Below are positions 1-12,106 of a stretch of 64,000 bases of DNA, piece by piece. The stretch covers positions 1 through 64,000 of the forward strand of contig KZ538236.1 of NCBI GenBank assembly GCA_000934665.2, given 5' to 3'. Within the stretch, counting starts at the first letter, position 1, and the number at the start of each line of letters is the position of its first letter. A model generated the notes under the pieces. The model saw only the letters and a program-made list of their open reading frames with translations. It did no database searches and had not been told where the DNA came from. The DNA comes from Catajapyx aquilonaris. Its lineage: Eukaryota. Position numbers and translations under genes: made by a program.

Positions 1-1219
1 GGGGGGAAGCAAGCCTTGGGGGGGAAGTGGGGGAGGGAGGGGTGGAGGAGGAGGAAAAGCAAAAGCCGATTTCAAAAGCGTGGCATGGGCAAAGAGGGAC
101 TGGCTGCTGCAGCTCCCGGATAACAAGTCTCTGAGCTGGAGACGAGGAGCCTCCCTCATCGTCAGACTGGCTCCGGGATATCCCCCCCACCCCACTCAAC
201 TTCTCCGGGTGAGTACAACACCTGGACCGAAACAGAACAGGTTGTAAACACAACTCAAGGACATTTTTTTATAATATATACGTCTGTGAATAATATTTAT
301 TTTTCTGAGCTTCCCACTCCCTTAAACTTGTGTGTGTACACACCAAGCAAAGATCAAAATTCATTGCGTCGTAATATGATTCTGGGCAGAGTGTATTTGG
401 GACAAGTGCGCCGCCCTTTTGTACACTTGTTTGCTGCGTGTATCGCGTGGGAAATGTGTCTGGTGTCGGTGACTCCAGCTCGTTTTTTTTCCTGGAATAA
501 GCTGCAACTGGTGGGCCCATTTTTTTATCATAAAAAGGTGGTGGGCCTGAACTAAGAGCCTGAGATATGCAAAGCAGCTTATAACATTTTCCTCGTAGAT
601 GGTGATAAGTATGACGTAAATCATTTTTACTTACGGTGGATGAATGCAAAGGCCTTGAGCTATAATTAAAGCAGTGATTACGCCTTTTTTCTCTCTACTT
701 TCTGAAGTCTAAGATTACTGCACGGCGCTAAGAATTCTCAGAATATCATGCGGCCTTTTTACGAGCCTTGCGTACGTAGCCATGTGGGTGCCAGACTGTG
801 TGCAATGTGCGCCACCAAAAGTTGTGAATCTTTCGTACTGTCGCGCATTGATCTGGCATAAAATGTTACGACTTCTTGTGACACACTGAATCTGTACGTG
901 ACCTTTTGTGGATAACGGACAACTGCCATCCCATATATTATTCGTGTCCTACTATTCATGTGACAATACGAGAGGGGCTCCATTTGTGTAAGCTTTAACA
1001 GCTGGAAGTACTAGTCGCGAGAATGATTCTGTGGGGGAGAAAAAAAGGTCGAAGGTCGACAACTCCAAAAAACTGGTGATCGATTCATCACGCGGTTGGA
1101 AAACTTGAAGTAAACTCGTATAGCACGTGGTGAGGCCACAATTGGATGAAATATTCATCGACGTGAAAATAATTCACTCCTATATGTACGACCGACTCCC
1201 ATTGTTCAGAGTCGCCCAG

Positions 1220-1221
<2 letters not shown>

Positions 1222-1263
<42 letters not shown>
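1222..1263. repeat. (GA)n microsatellite
   Basis: About 21 uninterrupted GA units. Confidence 0.95.
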
Positions 1264-1266
<3 letters not shown>

Positions 1267-2596
1267 GCGATAACTCGCCATGGAAACCAGGCACTCACAT
1301 GAGCTACTCTAAAAGTACAAAAAATATCTATAGACACACTTGTCCATTTCCCCCAGCTCAGCATCATCCCTGGAGCAAAAGCGTGCGCTATAGAGTGATT
1401 GCGAAGTTGGAGAAAATGAAGTTTAGAGTTACATTACCCAGAATAATTAGTGGCTGATTGGGAAGTGTTTTTCGAGAGAGAAAATATAGGGACTGTGTGG
1501 CGCCGTGTGGTTTTCTCTGGTGCAGACAGGTGTGTATACTATATACCGAAAGTCTGGCAACGTTCAGAGGGTGTGACCTCGAAAATCACCCATGTAGAAC
1601 TGTAAATAAGGTGTGAACTTATGAATCAGCACTCGGAATATGACTACACATACAATCATATTACAAGACGTTGGGTTTAGATTTTAGTCGTGAAAACTCC
1701 CGAGAAAGCCTACGCGAGCATGTAGAGAACATTTTGTCACCAAACAGAAAATTGCACGATGACCTTATGTGTCGAATTGCGATAGTACAGGTCACTTGTT
1801 GTGCAATAGTTAGTTTCCCAACCCCTTGATCCAGTTCCGGCTTTGATGATGATTCTTTCCGTGTATGACATTGCACACAAAGTACTTTGCCGGAAATGGT
1901 ACGAAATGGTTCATATACAACCTCCAGCTTGGTTTTGTGCAGAATGGGACGGATATTGCGAGATTTGATCACGAAAAAAGTTTTTGTTTAGATCCGGTGT
2001 TTTTTTTTTTCCAAACTGTATGGAGAAAAGAGGCCGCCTGGGTTACAAAAAAAAGAAGAAGAGGAAAATCGTTACTATAGGTATATAGCGAAGAGTGGAA
2101 GTCTTGAGATATGTCACTTGATCCCGTGAGCCCGGAGTAGAATCTGCTGTAACAACAAAGACCTATAAGTATTCAGGAGTCTTGGAGGAAACTCTAGACG
2201 TCTATAGAGAGCACAGCAGCAAGGTTTATTTTGGACTCAACGTTACACAGGTCGGTATACGATCCAGCCATATTTCCGAAATTATGACCCACCATATAAG
2301 TTAAGGTGCTGCCTAAGCAAAATTTGGATATGTTTTTGTTACACGTACTCGACACCATCTCTCCCAATAGACCATTACTTGATAGCCTGTAAAAGCATTG
2401 CTATCTGAACATGGCAGCAACGTCCGTGGATGCGGGCCAAGTAATACGATTTGGCGTCTATCTGTCTAGACATTTTTTTTCTCTCTCTCTCTAAAGTGAC
2501 TTCCCATCCAATTCCTTCAAAGCTTTCTGAGCTCAAAAAACCTATGGGATAAAATATGGAACCGAAGGTCGCTCCTTTTGTGACGTCTCCTAATAC

Positions 2597-2700
2597 GCTT
2601 ATTCTCTCAGTCGGATGTTTGTCCGACCTAATAGTACCACTATATCCCGCACGATCTGAGAATGGCGGGAGAGGGACTATCCGCCATCTATACACACGCA
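2597..2700 (+). repeat. Dispersed repeat family B copy
   Basis: CTTATTCTCTC.GTC.GATGTTTGTCCGACCT.ATAGTACCACTAT also occurs at ~6621-6720 and, inverted, at ~42736-42780. Confidence 0.7.
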
Positions 2701-4739
2701 AACTCATTAAAACTATCATACTGATTGCACAGGGTTTGGCTAATTTTGGCAACGGGTAATCATAGAATTGGCTAGGCGTGACTTTGTCCCCGCATCAATT
2801 TCCATCTTACGGCCCCCCCTGCATTGGTGTTGTAAACATAGCTCATTGTCAATACACACCGGCCCCCTCCAAGGTAAGACCACCCCAGCAGGATACTACA
2901 AAAAAAAAGGTAGTCGGGATTGAATGACCGTAGCGCACGTAATGTGGTCGCAAAGGGGCCATCGGAACCGGCCGTATAAAGGAGCGAGTAATGTCCCCGG
3001 ATATTTTATGCATGGGGCAAAATTAAGGGCGTGAGCCGATGAAAGATACTGCACTGGAGGGGGGGTGGGTTCGGCCCTAAATCCGCACACACAAAAATAT
3101 ATAAGGTTATCCCTCGGAAATTGGCGGAAAAAAATGGAGGAGACACTGTCCGGCGGATCTCTGGATATTCCCTGGAAAAGGATTTTCCATAGGGTTTGCG
3201 TGATGCTTATTTGGTCACGCCAATCGCAATGTTTCGTGTGAGCCAGCCACGGCCAGAGTAAAATTTCAGGCTATTGTGATGTGGCCACGTTTGGCTAAAT
3301 TATAGCCAAAGTATTAGTTACGACAAAATATGTATTCAAAAAGTTTGTGCCGAGTCATATATGTATGAAGAAGAAGACTCATTTTTAGCACAGTTGTACA
3401 TCACTATTTTTTTTGTGGGTCGGTGTTGCCATGCAGGTCGCGTGACGCCCATGCGTGTCTGGGCCCCCGAGGAGGTGATGACCTTTGTGCCTATAGCCGA
3501 CAGAATATACACACACACTCACCAGTAACATGGCAGCGTCTTTTTATTGCCAATATTCCTGGGGCGGCCGTCATCTTTTTTAAGAACGACGCTGCGATGG
3601 GGAGGAGAAAACCCTCTGATGGGTTTATTGCATGATGCAACATTCTTTTGCCCGACGATGAGAACGGCTGAGATGGTTACATCATCAAATGTATCGATAT
3701 TCCTTTTTCCCGCGATGTATCGATATTCATGGGTGGACAGCAGACAGGAATTTTCACCTTTTATATTATAGCTGGGGCTTCAACTGATGAGCAGAAAGTT
3801 CGCCACTGGTATATTGTTTTCAGGGCGTATTCCCGTTTCCGAAACCTATATGGGATGCTCGCCGGGTAATCATCGCAATTATGCCCGGAGTTTAATTAAC
3901 TAATGGCTTTGTCCAGAGCCAGCCTCGCCCATCTTTTTTTTTTTTGAAGTGTCTGGATGTTATTAAAAGGGAAAGCCGCGGTCTAATTCGCTTCCCATTC
4001 AAGGAGGACGATGATTATTAGATGCTGTGGACATTTTCCGACGATAATGGCAGAGGGGGATAACTAACTAATGATGTATGAATAGCCGCTAATTTCCGCC
4101 AAGTTCGAATATCATATGTGCAGGATATATATAAGTGACGCACTTGGGCCTCATTGTCTGATGATTTTTTGGAAAATAGTGTCGCATATTGCATAAATAT
4201 TTGCCGTTTTTACACAGCAGCCAGCGTCATACACGTGCCGCGTGGGTGGCAGGTGACAGCAGGTATAGTATTATACAACCAGTGTACATGACACTTGAAG
4301 CAAACGGACACGTAGACAATGGCGTCTTCCGGAGAGCCCCCCCTTTTTTATGTCTGGTGCAGTTAAGTGGCGGACGTCACCCGCGGTATTATTGTGTTTT
4401 CCATTAACGGGTGTTTGATTGGGGATTTGTTTGAGCAAATCCTGCTTGTCATCCGGTTTCCGGAAACAAGCTTATATCACACACATTCGCAGAGAGAGGA
4501 TTTGACAATGGGGATCCCTTGACGTATATAGATTTGCGAGGAATGCACTCGCGGCAGTCATGTACACGACGGGTGCTGTGTTGAAGGGTACGTCGTGTGT
4601 ACCCCCAGTGCGGTCATGGGTGTTGGTTATGATGTAACCATCAGTACGTGTAATTATTGCATGAATTTATTGTTTCTTCTTGTGTTCCAGATCTCGGGAG
4701 GCTTCACTGAAGATGAGCGGGTGATTATTTGAGAGTGCC

Positions 4740-7700
4740 ATGTCGTACAAGGAGTCGTCGCCAGCGTCCTCGGCGTCGTCGCTGGCGCTGGTGCTGGCCT
4801 TCTTCGTGGTCCTGTTCGTGGTTCTATTGGCCACCATCCTGGTTCGCATGGATGCCAAAGAGATGATGATGAACGACGGCGTCGTCGTGGCCACCTCTGC
4901 AGCATTGGGCAGCAGCAGTGGGTTTCAATCTACCAGTGTCGGTGGTGGTGGTTGGGGTGGTGGTGGTGGTGGTGGTGGTGGTGGTGTGGGACCAAGGGAA
5001 CTGCTGGGAGGAGGAGGGAGCGGCGGCGTCCCGGGGGCGGCGTCCGTCTGGCCGGCGTCGCCAGGCGTCGGTCCCGAGGACTATGCTCGTCCTAGAGGTA
5101 CATCGTTTTTCACTCCGACGTTGTTTGCGAACAAACTTCCAGTCATATTAGATCTCCTCTCGGGCAAAGTTACGATGCGGCTCTCCGCCAATCCGTGGAT
5201 AATGCAAGGCTCTTGCTATATAAGGCCTCTCTGATGCTGTAGTCACAATTAGGCCCTCGCTCTACTTTAGCCATTATTGCTTATTCAGACGCTACAAAAT
5301 GCCAACAATGATGTAGAGGGCTTTAGGCCAACAATAATATATAAAGGGGCCCATTGGCATGTATCGATATTCGTGTGCGTCTTTCCTTTCATACCGCGGT
5401 ATACGTATCGATATTCATGGGTGACTTATCCGGACAGACAGGAATTTCACTTTTATATATGAAGATGTTAAGTATAGATCTGGCAAGTTTCATCAGTTGG
5501 GAATAATTCGCCGGATTGTTGCTCTTATTTGTCGCGTACATGAGACCATCTGTCCGGTACAATAGACATGATAAAAATGAAAGTGGGGTGCATGCAGTGT
5601 ATATGTCCATTGTTACCTGCTGTTTATTCACATAATATTTGCACTTGCTTACTCACATGATTCATGTAATATTTGCACCTGTTCGCTCGCACAATTCGTA
5701 TTACTCGCATGTTTCCAGCTCAGATGAACCCTTCTGTCCCAAAAACCGGCTTGATCTGGACACGCTCTAAATTGGGTCGAATGACAGCCTTGGTGATGGA
5801 TGACCAGCGGGACTGATTTTTCCGTCTCTCTCTCTTATCTTTCCCAAAAGGGTTGATGCTAATGGCCGAGGAAGACGACAGCAGCAGCGGGGACAGGTCT
5901 GGTCGGTTGATAGACCTCCGCGATTTCCGTTTCGTCCAGCTGCCCCCGGACTGTCCACGGAGGACGTCCGGAGAGGACGAAGAGGTGGTTCTGGTGCTGG
6001 TCCACTCTGCCCCGGGCAACTCCGCACACCGGGCAGCCATACGGGCCACCTGGGGCAACACGTCCGCCCTGGGCACGCCCTTCCACCTGGTGTTCGCCCT
6101 GGGTCTCGACGAATCCCCGGCCACCCAAATGCGTCTCAGGCAGGAAGCAGCTCTCTATGGAGATATCCTTCAAGGTGAGATGCTGCATCTGGACCCCTCC
6201 AATCAAAGCTACTTGGAGATAGTTCACGTCACGCGGAAGCCCCAAAGTAATCTGTCATGTCCTCGGCCGTGATAACTTATAATAAGCAAAAGACAGACCA
6301 GCCCCCCCCGAAGAAGGATTTTCCAATTACAGACATACACGAGGTGTTAACTCCCCATGAATGGATCAAAGCCTATTCAATTCCCCGTCTGTATAGACCT
6401 GGAAATAACGTTTTTTCCCCCCTCCCTCCGTCTTAGAAATCCGGCATGCTCACTACATATTTCAGACGTCCTATCCCCCATGAATACAGCTGTACGTCTA
6501 TTGAGTTACGAGCGGGTTAACGACTACATGGAAAACCATCGCATTGCGTGATCCACAAAAATTGGGCATGAAGACGGGGGAAAAAAAGGGAATTGCGATC
6601 GACTGGATAGGCTAATAGCCTTATTCTCTCCGTCTGATGTTTGTCCGACCTGATAGTACCACTATCCTCCGCACTGATGGTGGCAGGAGTGTCCAGAGGG
6701 AGTGTACGCCATCTGTGAGCGATTATGAGTACTAAGTGGCAAATCGGCTGGGACAGCTCATCTGAGGTGGCCAATCACGCCTCGGTTAGCGGGAATCTCC
6801 GTAGGGGCGTGTAGGGCGATAGACTGCCGAGTGCTAAAGAGTGGGCGATATAAAAGCGTGGGATCAAAAGATTCCGCATGAAAGAAAAAGGCCATCATTT
6901 TGACATCAGACTTTCAGGCGATTCTTTTTTCTCCTGATATATTTTTCCGCCCCCGCAGACAATGAGAGCACCCCCCTCGCTGCATGTAGGGTCGGATGGA
7001 CAGCAGATAAAGCACTGTTTGCATTGGTAGAAGCAGACTAAAGGCAGGGGAGCCTTCTCAATATTTGATGGACCCCCCGGTTAGGCACCGGTTCTTTCAT
7101 GAGCCTTCAAAAAACCTTTTGGGCCCATTAGGTTTCTGGCAACAGCCCTTGTTCTTTTCTGGAGCCTCCAGGGAGGGTAAAATGGGCTATATTTATAGTC
7201 GGACGGTTTAATTGATCCCAATTGCGTTCGATATACACTGGCCTCCTTCCCAATTAATTACCACCAGTTTGACATCATAATCGCAAGTCACGCAGACCGA
7301 TCTTACTCACGCACTTGCATTATTGACAGTGTACACACAATATTTTTTAACTAACTCTTGATGGGCAAAAGTTCTTTTTAAGTCTAACAGCGTGCGTTTC
7401 GCTTTAAATTGACCTCCTTTTATACCCGAGGAACAAATGTACGGAGTGCGTTTTGGCAGCGCTCCATAAGCTATTCAGGTCCACTGGATTCCCTGGCAAG
7501 CGCTCGATAATCCGGCAGAAATAAATCGCAATATCTGGCAAAGTCTCGCACACAGAATGTGATTGAAACAATTTATTTTCAGTTGCTCGCTGTGAGTTAA
7601 TTAACGCAATCATTAGTACACGTACGCTATATTTAGACGCTCACAAAGTGACACTTGACTTGCCCTTTTTCAATTTGCGAATTTATTTTTTTGTTCATGT

Positions 7701-8580
7701 CTCCACACGCATTCGCACACACACGACGAATTGATTCCCGGAAACAATGCGAGCACTTCATTTGTAGTCAGGTGCACTTCGAATTGGTCGTGTACTCGCA
7801 ACCTTTCTGTACAGAAACAAACAAGTGTGGCAGCATAATTATTTTTTTGGAAGCATGTATACGCAGGAGTGTTTGACCCAGCAGAAGACAAATCGAGTTA
7901 TTGCATGATGTTCAACTGACTCACACTTTCCATGTTTCCAGGTAACTTCTTGGACACGTACCGCAACCTGACGTACAAGCATGCGATGGGCCTTGGCTGG
8001 GCTGCACGTCGTTGCTCCGAAGCCCGGTTCATCCTGAAGACTGATGACGACGTGGTGGTCAACCCTTCCTTGCTTCTGACCTCCCTCAGGAAGAGCTACG
8101 GTCGTGGAGGACAAGAGGGTAACCATCTGGTCTGGTGCGAGCTGCAGAAGAAGGCAAGAGTGCTCAGGACATACCGGTCAAAGTGGAGGGTCAGCTTCAA
8201 CGAGTACCACCAGTACTACTATCCGCCGTACTGCTCCGGATGGGCAGTGGTCTACGGTCGAGAGGCTGCAGTCAAGTTGGCCAACGTCGTGCAGAAGGCC
8301 CCGTACTTCTGGATAGACGACGTGCATCTCACCGGTACACTAGCACAGGTACGGTTAATCAAGTCCATTCACACCGCAAGATTTGACTCCCATTTTTTAA
8401 TCCCATCAGGTGACCAGGGCTGACCACAGGGCATTCACTAATGAGGAGTTCAACCGGCCAGAGCACGGTCCATTGGAGAAGAAGCGTGGATGGAGGACCA
8501 GCGTCATATTCCATCTGGTCAGCGGTGCACCCAACCAAATATACAAGGAATGGAGCAAGATCTACGGGAAGGTCACGTAG
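4740..8580 (+). CDS. Beta-1,3-glycosyltransferase (GT31, B3GALT/brainiac-like), type II Golgi membrane protein, ~419 aa
   Basis: Exons 4740-5097, 5851-6174, 7942-8348 and 8410-8580 are joined by GT-AG introns in consistent phase. N-terminal TM is LALVLAFFVVLFVVLLATILV. GT31 motifs are present: VHSAPGN..R.AIR.TWG, E...YGDILQG.F.DTYRNLTYK, the DxD motif FILKTDDDVVVN, YPPYCSGWA and WIDDVHLTG. An acceptor at 4690 implies an upstream 5'UTR exon. Confidence 0.9.
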
Positions 8581-10998
8581 GAAAAAGAGCTGACATGCTC
8601 AGCAATGTGCCTTTTTCTCTCAATTCGCATTGGCCTTAGCCGTACATGGAGATTGGTGACCTGAGCACAATGCGCTTGTTTTACAATGTGATATATGTAT
8701 TTAAAGCACGAGGAGAAAACTTTTTAAAAAAATGGTAAAATGGATACACGTACGCTAGCTTCCAGCCAAAAGCTTCCAGAAGCACTGCCTCTATACAGGG
8801 TGTTGAATCAACACTGTTTCTGCTTTAGGTTGTTTCAAGTGCCACGTTGCGACTCTTTGGCCCAGGAGGTGCAGGAAAAGTGTGTGTCGGAGTGCGTGTC
8901 AGTGCTGTAATTTATATACAGATGGTGCCAATTGTACTGTTTATTACTATGTATGGATAGTCTGGATTATTCCAGATCAGAGGGTATATTATACGGATTA
9001 TGGTATGTACAGTTATTCTACGTAGCTCACTCTTTTTGTCACTCCATGAATGAAGATTGCCAAAGCATATTTTCTATGTGAAGAAATAGCTCAGAGGAAT
9101 GTACATGTATTTTGAATGGTTCAAGCCAGGTAATTGTACAGTGGTGACTAAGCCCGGTTATAGTTAATTCAAATTAAATGGCTGGCCGCACATGATCAAA
9201 CAAAAAGAAGGAGAATGTGACCTACAGACTGTCTGGCAGCCTTTCTAAAATATTCAAGTCACACAAACATTTGCATCGGAGCCAGGCATTGATTTCAATA
9301 GAAATAGAATCACGGCAGCACAAAATTGCAATCCTCGCAGACCTCTTTTTCCATATGTCAAAATATAATATTGAGTCACCGCTGTACAGTGTTGGTCGGG
9401 TGATATTGCCAAAAATCAGGCAAAAAGCAACACACATACATTTTAAAATAATTATTTAAAAATCGCATTTGTTCCTACAGGAATTAATGTACTCTGCCTT
9501 ATATGCCCCAATTTTCATGCAGATATTTGAACTAGTTGCCAAGAATATTTTTTTGCGATTTTCTTTTTCCTGTCTTGACTGACTTGTACTTCTTAAACTG
9601 TGCATACAATTTTTTTTGATCACATTTTTGGTGATTGTTACCTGTTGGGTGTTAGACTTTTAGTCCCCCCCTTTTTTTTGGCAATTCTAATGTTGTGATG
9701 GCTTGGGACTGAAAGTTAGCACACCCAGCACACTCTCTACCGTCCAGTCGACAATACCTTTTAAACAACCCACACACACACACAGAGAGTACAACCACAA
9801 TAAATAAATACAGTTACCTATGAAATGTCATTCTATTAGAAATATTATATGGAAGCAGGATTCCAAACCTGCGAATGTTGTGTCGTTACGACAAAAGATT
9901 ACAGTATTCTCGTGCAATTAATTTACATGTGGTTATAAATAATGGTACAGATGTTTATGGCTATTAATATGTCTAGAGCAAATGTTTTATTTCCTTTATA
10001 TTTATTTAAGACTGACAACTAGTGTGCATGGGTTGATTCAATTAGTTTGTCCAAGTCGCTGAGGATCTCATTGCCAACATGCATACTATAAAAGGTAATA
10101 ATTTTAAAAAAAGGACTACATGTGCTGTTGTAAGCCATTGGGTTTAATATTAAAATATTATGCATCTCACCTTGGACGTGTTCATTGAATCACCCTGTAT
10201 ATTCATGAGGCTCTGTACATTTGATTTTCTGTATGTGCGGTTGGTTGATTTGTGCATTTTTCTCTGTGACTTCTCTCGTTACTGATGGGCAAATGCAAAT
10301 AAAAATGGTAAGCCGCCCTGTGCATCCACGTATTCATATTCATCCCTTGCACCACATACAACCCCAATTCATGCTACATTCCGTGCAGAATGGGCGGCAT
10401 GAACAGAGGGAGAGACATACGCCGTATATCAACCTCCGATCTAACCTTCGCAAAGGATGGTTCTCTGCCTGGAAATAACTCCAATGCTAAGGCAACTCTG
10501 TACGTTGTAGTTACCTCCACAAGTGCTACGAAACGGTTGCCATTACAGCTATACTGGCTATTGACGTAATGGATGAGGAAGGCCTGTAATTTCTCTGATT
10601 CATTTTCAGTAACTGAAACATGTGGCATTAACTTCATCGTCAAAAGCAAACCCTCTTGGCACATCTTCCTCTGTTATAGAAGAGTGGACTTTGGGCGGAT
10701 TCCATTATGAACATCATCTCGCATGTCACTTTTTGGCTTGAACTAACGATGACTGGCACACCTATACCAGACATGCAAAGCCATTCCCTTTTCTCAAACA
10801 AATTTGCCCCCATTTATCCAACCCCCACCATTGGTAGGTCAGAGGACTTGAAAGGGGAGCCTCCCAAACACACACACTGACACAAAAAAAACATATCTCA
10901 TTTCCCCCCTGTACAGTCCCTCTGCATCCTTGAAATGAGTCATCGATAATATTTTCTCTGTACATATATACCCCAAGATTGACGATCAATCAAACAGC

Positions 10999-11049
<51 letters not shown>
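10999..11049. repeat. (AAT)n microsatellite
   Basis: About 17 uninterrupted AAT units. Confidence 0.95.
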
Positions 11050-11050
<1 letters not shown>

Positions 11051-12106
11051 TAAATGATGATGGGCATTATTCAACCGGCGTTCCACCCCCCAAAATAATG
11101 TTGGATGGCGGCTGGTTAATATTAATTTCGGCACCGCACATGTATATAGTGCACAGTACATTAGCGCCCAGTTTATTTGCAGTTCCTCTCCCCCGCCGAT
11201 ATATCGACTGGCTCTATACAGCTAAGTGCATGGATGCTGTACAGCGAGCCTGATTGCAATTACCCGCCCAACAATGAAGGCTTCTCAGCGTTTATTAATG
11301 CGACGTGACGTTTGCAAAGCCCGCAGCTCCACCGAGGCAAAATGATAATGGTGCTGGTGGAGAGTGTGAATTGTACCTCTCAGTACTAATACACAAGGCT
11401 ATGTGAGCTCCACAGTAGCCTATAAAGTACAGTATATGTACGATAGCCTGACATGACAGTGCAAGGCGAGGCAACAAATCCAACACCTGTACATAATATA
11501 TATAGAGAGCTAGAGCACAGAGACGACTACTCGATGCATCAAGCAATAAATTCTCCAATGGTACTGTAGTACAGTGCAGTGAGCGATTTACCGGGTAATT
11601 AGCAGAGAGGCTTTGCTTCTAAACTGGTGTAACTGATGGGCCAATAAATCGCTATCGGTGGAGGGCAGCAGGTGCTCCTATAGTTCTACCAGTTTGGTTC
11701 TCAATCGACTCATTCGACACTCGAGCCACTTTCGTAGGCGCTTTCTTTCGAAACGTGCTGAAATGATCCTCTTTCATGATGGGGGAGTTACAAACCCCGC
11801 TTCAAACAGGTTATTCATAAAGCGCTTTTAACGTGGATCGGAGAGAGGCATCTCAACACGCTTTGAGGCGCTTTTAGCTGTTGGCTTCAGGTATTGTGTA
11901 ATCGTGTGTTTTTTTTTAAAAATTTGACAAATGATTGTAAGAAGGAAAAGTGTGTGTGTGTGTGGGCCATGTGCAACAATCGGTGTGTCGTCCTTCGTCT
12001 CTGCTCCAGTATTTCCCCATTTGGCTCTCCTTTTTTCCCCCTCATCCCCCTCCTCCCTCTTCCTTTTTTTAGGAATCCATTGGGGCATGCATCCTGAGGG
12101 AAGGGG

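Noticed and set aside
85..214. Short ORF MGKEGLAAAAPG and a GTGAGT donor at 209
   Set aside because: It could be a 5'UTR exon of the glycosyltransferase, but sequence alone cannot link it to the acceptor at 4690.
3784..3830. CTGATGAG as a hammerhead ribozyme core (also ~44439 and ~54138)
   Set aside because: No stem II followed by GAAA and no flanking helices.
8687..8693. K-box-like TGTGATA in the glycosyltransferase 3'UTR as a local miR-2 target
   Set aside because: A single 7-mer is expected by chance in this much sequence.
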